This document shows positions 38,068 to 46,381 of a stretch of DNA of 64,000 nt, one piece after another. Numbering within the stretch: the stretch's first letter is position 1; each line of letters opens with the position of its first letter. Under the pieces are notes generated by a model. It was not told the DNA's origin, made no database searches, and saw only the letters and a list, made by a program, of their open reading frames with translations. Position numbers and translations under genes: made by a program. The DNA comes from Thermoplasmata archaeon (GTDB lineage: Archaea; Thermoplasmatota; Thermoplasmata; Lutacidiplasmatales; UBA184), in NCBI GenBank assembly GCA_041476045.1, contig JBGOSQ010000001.1, positions 8,846 through 72,845 of the forward strand, read 5' to 3'.

Positions 38068-38736
38068 TTGACCTCGCTGGATTTCTGGCTGGGCCTCGGC
38101 TTGGGCCTGGGGGTGTCGGTCGCCGTCCTCGTCGGATTCCGATGGTACTTCCGTCGGGCGATTCAGCAACGGTCTGCCACCGCCTCCGCGCGCCGCTCCG
38201 TACGGGCCGCGACGTCCGCTCCGGAACCCGCGACACCGATGCCACTGTCGGTCTCGGTCGCGCCGATCCGGCCCAATGGCAGCGCCGCCGGAAACCCCGG
38301 GAACGGTGGAATCTCCGCAACAGAGGCCGAGCTCCTCCCCACGCCGGAGAGGCACCGCCCCTCGCCGAGCCCGAACGTCCTCGACGAAGGACCGGTCCGG
38401 CTCTCCCAGCGGATCCTCCTGCACCTAGCGCGCAACGGCGGGCCTTCCGCCGGCGGAACGGCCAGCGAGGCGGTCACGCAGCGCGGGATCGGTACCGCGC
38501 TCGTCGTCACGCAGGGCGCGCTCTCCAGCGTCCTGAGACGATTGGAGGACGGCGGCGCCATCGCATCGGAGAAGGCCCACGTCCGCGACCGCGAGCGTCG
38601 CGTGAAGATCTACGTCCTCACCCCGCGCGGGCGCGAAGTGGTCGCCGCGCTCCGGCAGAGTGCGGTCGCGCGGCGCGGCGTCTCCGTCGCCGCCCCCGAA
38701 GCGCCGCCGAAGCGACCACCGTCGCCCTCTCGATAG
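38068..38736 (+). CDS. Membrane-anchored winged-helix (MarR-like) protein
   Basis: N-terminal TM FWLGLGLGLGVSVAVLVGF, low-complexity linker, TQRGIGTAL..TQGALSSVLRRLEDGG..KIYVLTPRG. Confidence 0.78.
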   Translation: MTSLDFWLGLGLGLGVSVAVLVGFRWYFRRAIQQRSATASARRSVRAATSAPEPATPMPLSVSVAPIRPNGSAAGNPGNGGISATEAELLPTPERHRPSPSPNVLDEGPVRLSQRILLHLARNGGPSAGGTASEAVTQRGIGTALVVTQGALSSVLRRLEDGGAIASEKAHVRDRERRVKIYVLTPRGREVVAALRQSAVARRGVSVAAPEAPPKRPPSPSR

Positions 38737-38877
38737 CCGCGACGCCGGTCCACGGGCGAGGGAGCGACGGCGTCGCCTCCCGTTCTCCTTGGGAGGCGGA
38801 GGCTAGGTCGTGGATCGGGCAGGGGCGAGGATATCCGCGTTCGTACTCTGCCGTCGCGGAAGGGAACGCGAAAGGCG

Positions 38878-39012
38878 ATGACTTCGTACGTGAATCGGCG
38901 ACCGTCGGCCGCCGGGAAGAAGCGACACCAGAAGCAGCGACAGCGGCGTATCGCGGCACGGCGACGGCAGGTCCCGCTCGGCGGGAACCGCAGCGGGTCG
39001 CGCGCGCATTAG
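38878..39012 (+). CDS. Arg/Lys-rich microprotein (44 aa), not in ORF track
   Basis: MTSYVNRRPSAAGKKRHQKQRQRRIAARRRQVPLGGNRSGSRAH; ATG preceded by purine-rich GAAAGGCG; fills an intergenic gap. Confidence 0.5.
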   Translation: MTSYVNRRPSAAGKKRHQKQRQRRIAARRRQVPLGGNRSGSRAH

Positions 39013-39093
39013 CCACCTCCGACCGGAGTCGTGGGGACCGGCCCGGAGAGAGTGCTCCTGGGACTCGGTCGCCGCCCTCGATGAGCCTCCCCA

Positions 39094-39789
39094 GTGGGAC
39101 TGGAGCCGCCGGACCCGAGCGACATCGACCGGCCGCGCCGATACCTGTGCGCGAGTCGTCGAGCGCGCTCGACCGAGGCGCGGTTCGATCGCCCCGACGG
39201 CTTTACGTATCCGACGGAGGCTGTCTCTCGCACGAGCGCGACGTCCGTCGGGGGACCGGAGACGTTCTACGTCAGTCTCAGCGACAATCTCCGGGATTGG
39301 CTCATCTTCGACCGGCTCCAGACGCTGCTGACGAAGATCGGCTCGGCCGACCACCTCCTCCCCCTGCTCGATCGACCCAAGGAGGGGATCGAGCTCTCCG
39401 ACGAGGCGTTCGCGCAGATTCGCTCTGCCTCGGGGATCATCTGCCTGTATTCCCGCGAGGCGGACACGTCGTACTGGGTGCAGCTCGAGCTCTACGTCGC
39501 GAGCGCCCTCGGCAAGCCCGGCTGCCTCGTGATCTTCCCGGAGGTCCCGTTCCCATCGTGGATGACCGGTTCCGTGTTCCGCGTCGAGCTCGAGGGGTTC
39601 AAGGACAGCGGTCCGGGGCTTCCGCCCGGCACGGACGAGGGGCAGTTCTTCCACCGGAGCGTGTTCGCCGAACATTCGCTCCGGTCGATCGTGGCGTTCG
39701 TCGAGGGGGTCCGCGCCCACCGGCTCCCCGCGCTGCCCGAGATCCCGCGTCCGCGGCCCGAGCTCCTTCGGGAGCGTCGGATCACCTAG
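39094..39789 (+). CDS. TIR-domain-like protein (start uncertain; possibly ACG at 39232)
   Basis: FYVSLS, LSDEAFAQIRSASGIICLYSREADTSYWVQLELYVASALGKP matches the TIR core including the WV..EL catalytic Glu. Confidence 0.65.
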   Translation: MGLEPPDPSDIDRPRRYLCASRRARSTEARFDRPDGFTYPTEAVSRTSATSVGGPETFYVSLSDNLRDWLIFDRLQTLLTKIGSADHLLPLLDRPKEGIELSDEAFAQIRSASGIICLYSREADTSYWVQLELYVASALGKPGCLVIFPEVPFPSWMTGSVFRVELEGFKDSGPGLPPGTDEGQFFHRSVFAEHSLRSIVAFVEGVRAHRLPALPEIPRPRPELLRERRIT

Positions 39790-39846
39790 ACGAAGTGGTC
39801 GCCGGCCCCCGGAGGCGGCCCTCGGATGCGAGAGGCCGGTCCACGA

Positions 39847-42800
39847 CTATACGCCGGCCCGGAACTCGGCCGTGAGCCGATCGGAGGCCGACGGATCCAT
39901 CAGCGCCGGGTTCACTGGAAGGATGAGCCGCCCACCGCTCTCCGAGGCGAGCGCATCCAGCTCGTGGAGGAAGTCGATCGTTCGCGCGCTGCCATGGATG
40001 CGGACCAGGTACTCGACGCCCTCGATGTAGGCGGTGCGGCCCGGGCCGCCGCCGAGGAAGGTTCGGAACAGCGCCCGCAGCGTCTCCAGGTCCCCGGGGC
40101 GGACGGATCCTTCCCGTCCCACGTTCGAGAGCCATACGACGCGGACGTTGCGCGACCCCAAGGCCGCGCGCAGCCGCTCCGGGAATTCCCGACTGAGGCA
40201 GAGCCCGGCAACGCCGGCATCGGTGAGCTCGAGGAACGTAGCCCAGGGCCGGTCGGCGGTCGGCTCGGTCCAGACCTCGACGCCCGAGGGCGGGGGCGGC
40301 GGCGCGGCCGGCGCTTCGGGGGCTGGGACCGGGACCGGCGCAGCCGGCTCGGGGGGTGGCGATGGCGCCTCGGGCTCCGGTTCGGGTTCCGGAGGCGACG
40401 GGGGAGTCGGAAGCTCGATTCGGGGCGCGACCGCGAGGATCGGGTCCGGGATCGACGAGGGCAGGAGGGCCGAGGCGACCTCGATGGTGGCCACCGCAGC
40501 CACCGTGGGGAGGGAACGGGGGGGCGGTTCCGATGGGACGCGCTCGAGGATCAGCGGAGGAGCGGGTCGCGTCAGCTCCATGACGGCGACGGGGGGAGGC
40601 GGAGTAGCGGGAGAAATAGGAGGAACGGAGACCTCCGGTGGCTCACGCGGTCGCATCGGGCGGATCCGAGGGGGCGGCGTGCCTCCGAAGCCCTGCACGA
40701 TCGTCGCGGCGAGGACGGGCCCGAATCCCTCGACCTCGGCCAGCTGCTCGTAGGGGGCGTGGGCGACCGCGTCGAACGAGGTGAGCCCGCTCTCCCACGC
40801 CCGCGCGAGTTTCGCGGGCCCGATGAGCGGGCGGCCGAGCGCGTGGTCGAACGATTCCACCGCTTCGCGGATCGCGGCCTCGCGGGCGCGGAGCCCTTCG
40901 TCGAGAAAGTCGATCACGACGTCGTCGCCGATCGGGCGCCCCGTCGCCCGCCGTCGCGGTCGGCGGGGTCGGGGCGGCTTGCGCCGCGAGGAGACACCGA
41001 CGGGGACTCCCGGGATCCAGAGCGACCACCGCTCCCCCCGGCGCGTCCGACCGTGCGTGGTCTCCGCGGAGACGAACGAGGCGGCATCGGCGGCCACGAC
41101 GATCTCGACCCCTTGCAGGAACTGGCTGATGGCGGCCGCGTGGCGCGTCAGTTCCTCGCCGAGCGTGCCCGATGCGGAAAAGACGACGCGGTCGATCGCC
41201 GAGGGGGTCGCGGCGCGATTGAGGCGGCGGCGCAATAGGTGGAGGAGGCGGAAGCCGTCGGGAGTGAGCGCCGGTGGAGCCGCGTCGCCGCGCCCGGGCA
41301 TGTCCGACGGAAGCGTGACGAAGAGGTCCCCGTGCGCCCACGGGATCGGCACGACGCCCGTCGCCAGCGCCTCCGTGATCTCCACCATGCTCGGGGTGAT
41401 CGGGAGCGGATGGCCCTCGAGCACGAGCTCGAGGCTCCGGGCACGGATGCCGTCCTGGATCCGCGTCGGGCTCATTCCCTCGAGCATCCGAAGGATCCGC
41501 GGCGCCTGGAACGGGTAGGCGCGCTGGATCTCCTCGGGTACGGCGTGGATCCGGACCTGCTTGCCCTCCCAGGGCTGAGAGGGGGAAGCGACGTCGACGC
41601 GTTCGACCCCGGCGAGTCGCTGGAGGACGGCCCGGTGCGATCGGAGCTCGCCGGCCACGGTCTCATCGGTGACGGAGAGGACGATCGCGGGGAGGTGCGA
41701 ATCCGGCGCGAGACCGAGCTCGCTCCGGTACTCTCTCAGCGTGTCGACGACCGAGCGCCATCGCGCGTAGGAGAGTTCGAGCGGCGAATCGAGCAGCAGC
41801 TCCTGGCTCGGCGTGAGCGGTCGCTCGAAGATGCTCGTGCCGTCGCCGCGGAAGCCGCGATGGATCGCCTCCATCGTGAACGGGGCGATCGGCGCGTACA
41901 GTTCCGCCCACAACGGCAGGACGTGCCCGAGGACCCGGCACGCGGCCGCCTTGGGCAGGGGGAACCCGGGAAGATCGAGGCGCGAGCGGGAGAACGCGAG
42001 GTAGCCGGCGCGCAGCTCCTCCTCGAAGAACCGCACGAGTCGGTCCTGCGCCACGTCGACCGCGCCAGTCTCGTAGGCCCGGATGACGTCGATCCGCATC
42101 CGTTCGAAGAGCGACAGGAACGCGCGATCCTCTTCCGGGAGCTCGGCGACGTGGCCGCCGATCGAACGCGGGTCCGGTTCGTAGCCGTCGCGAAGGAACC
42201 GGTCGAGGATCTCGCGTGCGACCTGCCAGATCTTGCGGAGCCGCCGTTCCTCCTGATGACGGCGATCGCCGAGACCGGGGTCGTTGGCCCGCGGCGAAGT
42301 GGCGGTACGCAGGAGCGCGGCCCGCAGCGCGTCCGCCGGGGCGTCGAGCGAGGTCGTCTCGCCCTCGGCCTCGAAGGGAAGCGTCGGCATCGGGACGACG
42401 CGGACCTCGCCGGGGGCCGCGCCCGCGGCCGCGAGTGCGACGGCGTGGTGGACGAGCGCCGGAGCCCGACGTCGTTCGGGGACGTAGAGACGTACGGCAT
42501 CCGCGTCCGGGAACGGACGGTCCGTTGCCCAGATCGCGAGCGCCTCCTGCAGCGAGGGAAGGAGGCGGCGCGCCACCGTGCGCCAGTGCGCGCCGCAGGT
42601 GCATCGCTCCGGCGCGTCGGCGATTGGAGAGAGACGTCCGCAATGGACGCATTCCAACAGATGCGGCGCGTCGGCCGCCTCGGTCGTGCGCCACTCGCTC
42701 ACCGGCCACGCGACCGGGTCCTCGGTCTTCGGGAACGACTCTGCGGGGGCGAGGCGTGCCAGCCGGTCCCGGACCGCGGGCGGTGCGGTGCTCGCGTCGA

Positions 42801-43935
42801 GGCACCAGGCACGCGACGGTTGCCAGTAGAGCGCCGTGCCGCAGACGATGCAGTGGGGCACACCGCGGTGGACGCGCAGCTGCGCGAACAGGAGCCCGGA
42901 CTCGGTGAGGTCACGGAGGACGAACGCCTCGGCCACGTCGACGGGCAGGCCGGCGTACTTGTGCTGGAGGTCCCGGACGAGCTGACCCTCGGCATCGACG
43001 ACCGGCCAGCCCGGGATCCCGAGATGGAACGCCGCCGCGGCGTCGCCGGCACCGTGGGCAGGGACGAGGGCCACCGCGCCGGTGCCGGAGTCATCGACCT
43101 CGGTGGACGCGGCGATCTGCCCCGCCGGGACCGGAAGGCTCGCGAGCGTGGGGAACTCGGTCGCGAGCGGATGCTCGTAGCGGAGACCGACGAGCGTCTC
43201 TCCCTTCTGCTCCTCGAGGACCTCGATCTCGCATCCCTCGAGCCACGACTTGAGACGGCCGATGGCCGAGCTCAGGACGAGGAGCACCTCCTCCGTGCCG
43301 CGGCGTCGATAGCGGATCCGGGCGTACGTGAGGTCCGGGTGGACCAAGACCGCGCTCGTCCCCAGGAGCTTCCACGCGCTGTCGATCCAGACGAGAAGGC
43401 TCGTCCTCGGGGACTTGCCGTCCAGGAGGAAGCGCACGAGGTAGGCGTCGCCGTCCTCGGCCGAGTACACGATGCCCTCCGGGGAGCGGGGGGCGCGGCA
43501 CGCCGGGCACGACCGGAGCGGGAGCTCGCGGCTCGCGAGCAGGCCGTCGCGTGCGAGGTGGTCGACCATCTCCTGGATCTGCGGCGGGCTCGCGACCTCC
43601 GCGAGGGGCTCGAGCCGACCGTTGCCGACCCAAACCCCCGAGGCGGCCAACATCGGTCGGAGGACCTCGAGCGCCGGGTGATCGGTCCGACGTGCCAGGA
43701 GGCGGCCGCGGGTGGGATGTCCTTCCAATCCGAGGAAACGGGATTCGGCATCCGCCCGGACGGCGCGCTGGAGGAAGGAGATCGCCGAGTCGTAGGCCGC
43801 GAGCGCGGCCACCATCTGGTGGAGTCGCGGCCCCGTGCCGCGGCCTCCCGATGTCGGTAGCGACCTCGCCTTCCAGAACGCCGCCGATTCGGCCTGTACC
43901 TGGGCCGGTTCGTAACGGGCCGGAAGTGAACGCAT
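39847..43935 (-). CDS. Catalytically degenerate IleRS-like protein fused to HhH, Pro-rich linker and C-terminal DUF835 (inactive KaiC-like) domain
   Basis: IleRS-like order of zinc knuckles, CP1 (LVGLRYEHP, SGTGAV..VPAHG..D), ADALR, anticodon domain (APIAPFTMEAIH); EVEGFGPVLA HhH; CLSREFPE..VVWLS..IEGVEYLV DUF835. Confidence 0.85.
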   Translation of the reverse strand: MRSLPARYEPAQVQAESAAFWKARSLPTSGGRGTGPRLHQMVAALAAYDSAISFLQRAVRADAESRFLGLEGHPTRGRLLARRTDHPALEVLRPMLAASGVWVGNGRLEPLAEVASPPQIQEMVDHLARDGLLASRELPLRSCPACRAPRSPEGIVYSAEDGDAYLVRFLLDGKSPRTSLLVWIDSAWKLLGTSAVLVHPDLTYARIRYRRRGTEEVLLVLSSAIGRLKSWLEGCEIEVLEEQKGETLVGLRYEHPLATEFPTLASLPVPAGQIAASTEVDDSGTGAVALVPAHGAGDAAAAFHLGIPGWPVVDAEGQLVRDLQHKYAGLPVDVAEAFVLRDLTESGLLFAQLRVHRGVPHCIVCGTALYWQPSRAWCLDASTAPPAVRDRLARLAPAESFPKTEDPVAWPVSEWRTTEAADAPHLLECVHCGRLSPIADAPERCTCGAHWRTVARRLLPSLQEALAIWATDRPFPDADAVRLYVPERRRAPALVHHAVALAAAGAAPGEVRVVPMPTLPFEAEGETTSLDAPADALRAALLRTATSPRANDPGLGDRRHQEERRLRKIWQVAREILDRFLRDGYEPDPRSIGGHVAELPEEDRAFLSLFERMRIDVIRAYETGAVDVAQDRLVRFFEEELRAGYLAFSRSRLDLPGFPLPKAAACRVLGHVLPLWAELYAPIAPFTMEAIHRGFRGDGTSIFERPLTPSQELLLDSPLELSYARWRSVVDTLREYRSELGLAPDSHLPAIVLSVTDETVAGELRSHRAVLQRLAGVERVDVASPSQPWEGKQVRIHAVPEEIQRAYPFQAPRILRMLEGMSPTRIQDGIRARSLELVLEGHPLPITPSMVEITEALATGVVPIPWAHGDLFVTLPSDMPGRGDAAPPALTPDGFRLLHLLRRRLNRAATPSAIDRVVFSASGTLGEELTRHAAAISQFLQGVEIVVAADAASFVSAETTHGRTRRGERWSLWIPGVPVGVSSRRKPPRPRRPRRRATGRPIGDDVVIDFLDEGLRAREAAIREAVESFDHALGRPLIGPAKLARAWESGLTSFDAVAHAPYEQLAEVEGFGPVLAATIVQGFGGTPPPRIRPMRPREPPEVSVPPISPATPPPPVAVMELTRPAPPLILERVPSEPPPRSLPTVAAVATIEVASALLPSSIPDPILAVAPRIELPTPPSPPEPEPEPEAPSPPPEPAAPVPVPAPEAPAAPPPPPSGVEVWTEPTADRPWATFLELTDAGVAGLCLSREFPERLRAALGSRNVRVVWLSNVGREGSVRPGDLETLRALFRTFLGGGPGRTAYIEGVEYLVRIHGSARTIDFLHELDALASESGGRLILPVNPALMDPSASDRLTAEFRAGV

Positions 43936-44067
43936 CGAAGGCGCCGCCCGACCGAACGGGGACGACCGTCGGATTCATCCCCGACGGGATAAATCTTCCC
44001 TGCGCCCCGGCGGCGCCGGCGCCCGAGAGTCCGCCGATCCCCTTCCGGGGCCGCGACCCCGGCCGAC

Positions 44068-44817
44068 CTAGGCCGGTACGCCTCGACGACCGCGGTGGCG
44101 CAGTCGCTCGAGGTCCCACCAGAGACGGTCGATCTCCGCGATCGCCTCGGAGGGCGCGGTCTCGGTCGCGGGGGCGCGTCGGCGTCTCGGCTCGCTCTCG
44201 ACGGCTTCGTACGTTTCGGATGGCGGCATGGACTGTGAACGCTCCCGGTCCCCGTCGGTCTCGAGCCAAACGGGGGCGGCACGGAACGAACGAGGTAGGG
44301 GGGATCCGGGGGCCGGCGGCACCCTTGGCATCCGGACCGGCTGCCGAACGGGGACCGGGGTCGGGACCCGTCCGGGCTCGACGCCCCGCGAAGGTCTCGA
44401 CGGCGCCGCGTTCGAGGGCGCATCGTCCGGGAGCTCGTCGAGTACCAGGGAGAGGAAGGCCCCGACCGCAGCGATCACGCCGAGCGCGGCGAAGAGGATC
44501 CAGATCTCGATCGCACCGGCGGCGATCCGCGTCGGTGAGCTGCGGAGCGCGAGCGCGACGACCGCGCACGCGCCGGTGGCGATCAGGAGCGGCGCTGCGT
44601 CGTCCAGCCGCTCTCCGACGGTCCGCGGACCGGTCGGGACCGGTTCAAGCGGCCCGATCGGGCGTGGCGGGGTCCACTTCCGGGTCTTCGGCGTCGGCGG
44701 TGCCGTACCGGTCGCGATCGAGCGGGAGGTCGGCCGCAGACGTCGGTGGAGCTGCGGTCCCCGGGCCCCCCCGACCGAGGCGGAACTCGTTGAATCGGGC
44801 GGTCGAATCGATCTCAC
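44068..44817 (-). CDS. Hypothetical two-TM membrane protein with Pro-rich regions
   Basis: TM segments PLLIATGACAVVALAL and IWILFAALGVIAAVGAFLSLVL; GTGA overlap with the upstream gene. Confidence 0.62.
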   Translation of the reverse strand: MRSIRPPDSTSSASVGGARGPQLHRRLRPTSRSIATGTAPPTPKTRKWTPPRPIGPLEPVPTGPRTVGERLDDAAPLLIATGACAVVALALRSSPTRIAAGAIEIWILFAALGVIAAVGAFLSLVLDELPDDAPSNAAPSRPSRGVEPGRVPTPVPVRQPVRMPRVPPAPGSPLPRSFRAAPVWLETDGDRERSQSMPPSETYEAVESEPRRRRAPATETAPSEAIAEIDRLWWDLERLRHRGRRGVPA

Positions 44818-45359
44818 GGGCATCGCGCCGCCGTGCTGCATGCGGTGAGGGCGACTTCGACGGCGGTGACCGTGGGCGCGGTCGTCGTTCCCAGATCGAC
44901 CAGGAGGTTGAGGTGGATCGTGTGCCCGACCGCCGAGGTCGTCGTCCCCGAGGAGAAGTACCCGAACGCGACGAACCAGCCGGTGGTCGTTTGGACCGCC
45001 AGTTCCACCGCGAATCCGAAGGCCGTGCCCGTAGTACGCGGCGGCTGCGTCAGGGAAAGTTCGAGCCACTCGGCAAAGTGGTTGACGGTGAGGCGCGGCA
45101 TCCCCGCCCCGCGGTAGGAGTCGTTGCAGAGGACGAGAGTGCAGGAGGGGAGTATCCGCGTGGTGCCGGCGACCCCCGAGGCGCCGCCGGCCTGGGTCCC
45201 GGCTCGCGGATCGCCCGAGATCGCGCCGGTGACCTTGAGCAACCCGTGGGCGACGTTCACGACGGCAGGGAGGGTGTTGCCTCCGGTGCGGACGAGCACC
45301 TTGGAGGCGATGAACGGCGTCACGCTCGTCGCGGCGAGGACGGGAGCGGGCAGGAGCAA
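44814..45359 (-). CDS. Secreted beta-rich protein, paralog of 45547-46176; true start lies further upstream
   Basis: Signal-like RPLRGLPILCLLSAALLLPAPVLA extends upstream of TTG 45359; C-terminus LVDLGTTTAPTV..CSTAARCP. Confidence 0.7.
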   Translation of the reverse strand: MLLPAPVLAATSVTPFIASKVLVRTGGNTLPAVVNVAHGLLKVTGAISGDPRAGTQAGGASGVAGTTRILPSCTLVLCNDSYRGAGMPRLTVNHFAEWLELSLTQPPRTTGTAFGFAVELAVQTTTGWFVAFGYFSSGTTTSAVGHTIHLNLLVDLGTTTAPTVTAVEVALTACSTAARCP

Positions 45360-45494
45360 CGCCGCGGAGAGCAGGCAGAGGATTGGAAGACCCCGCAGGG
45401 GCCGGGGCCGATGGGAGGCGTGGCGCGGCGCTTGGCGCCCGGAGGAAAGAGGTCGGGAGAAGTCCGACTCACCCCGGAAGGGGGGAAGTGGTTT

Positions 45495-45516
45495 CGGAGG
45501 GGCGCGAGCCCCTCCG
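45495..45516. terminator. GC-rich hairpin between the two secreted-protein genes
   Basis: CGGAGGGGC-GCGA-GCCCCTCCG perfect 9-bp stem about 30 nt downstream of the 45547 stop. Confidence 0.4.
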
Positions 45517-45546
45517 TCGGGTGGGGGCGTCGTGGGCGCCCTGTCC

Positions 45547-46176
45547 TTACGGACAGGCCGCCGCGCTGGAGCACTGGTTGAACACGACGTTCACCGAGTT
45601 GATCACCGGCGCGGTGGCCGTACCGAGGTCGACGAACAGGAAGACCGTGATCGCCGATGTCGTGACGACGCCCGTCGTGCCCGTCGCGAGGTAGCCGATC
45701 GCGCTCACCGTGGAGGTTACGACGCCCACCGTGATCGAGATCTGGACCGCGAGATCGAACCCGACGCTGTTGCCAGCGGCGCCCGCCGGTTGCGTGACGG
45801 TCATGACGATCTGCTCGCCGAAGTTGCCCGTCGTCTCCGTCGCGGGGCTCGCGGTGATGAAGTTCGCGAGCGGGCAGGGCCCGGCCGCGCACGTCGAGAG
45901 GGCACGAGGAGTACCGTCGAGACCCGTCGCGCCGACGATCTGCGTTCCACCCGTGAGGGAACCGGTCATTCCCACCGTCAGGACCACGAGCTGCTCCGAC
46001 GTGATCGCCGCAACACCGGCGAAGCCGCCGGGCGAGGGGGTCTGGGTGACGTTCGTCGACTGCTGCGGGCTCAGGGTCGTCACGGTCGTCGCGGCCAAGG
46101 CGTAGCCGCCGATCATGGCGATCATTGCGGCCGTGGTGGCGAGATAGATCGTTCGTTGCCGACGTTTCGTTGTCAT
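45547..46176 (-). CDS. Secreted Thr/Gly-rich beta protein (possible filament subunit)
   Basis: MTTKRRQRTIYLATTAAMIAMIGGYALA signal peptide; CAAGPC; C-terminus FVDLGTATAPVI..CSSAAACP. Confidence 0.78.
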   Translation of the reverse strand: MTTKRRQRTIYLATTAAMIAMIGGYALAATTVTTLSPQQSTNVTQTPSPGGFAGVAAITSEQLVVLTVGMTGSLTGGTQIVGATGLDGTPRALSTCAAGPCPLANFITASPATETTGNFGEQIVMTVTQPAGAAGNSVGFDLAVQISITVGVVTSTVSAIGYLATGTTGVVTTSAITVFLFVDLGTATAPVINSVNVVFNQCSSAAACP

Positions 46177-46210
46177 AGTTCCGTAGCCCCCCCGGGGAGG
46201 CGAAGGCAAC

Positions 46211-46240
46211 TACGTATCAATACGTATATATCCGTATTGC
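46211..46240. promoter_or_regulatory. TATA-like box flanked by a perfect 7-bp inverted repeat
   Basis: CAATACG-TATATATC-CGTATTG at 46218-46239; also T(A/C)CGTAT repeated at 10-nt spacing (46211, 46221, 46231). Confidence 0.55.
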
Positions 46241-46282
46241 CGAAAAAGGGTCCCGCGGGCGATCCGGGCCACCGACGCCGGT

Positions 46283-46331
46283 CGAGGGGGAAACCGTCAC
46301 CGGCCGAGGGGGAAACCGTCACCGGCCGAGG
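46283..46331. repeat. 22-bp tandem duplication (2.2 copies)
   Basis: CGAGGGGGAAACCGTCACCGGC twice, exact, followed by CGAGG. Confidence 0.9.
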
Positions 46332-46381
46332 ACAACTCTTATCAAGCCCTCGCCTTCCTCGTCCGCCCGAGGTAAGGCTTC

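Noticed and set aside
45441..45520. RNase P RNA (GAGGAAAG-like start, GNRA hairpin)
   Set aside because: No GAGGAAAGUCC or matching 3' P4 strand, and the region is too short
46283..46331. CRISPR array
   Set aside because: Only two adjacent copies, no spacers, no cas genes
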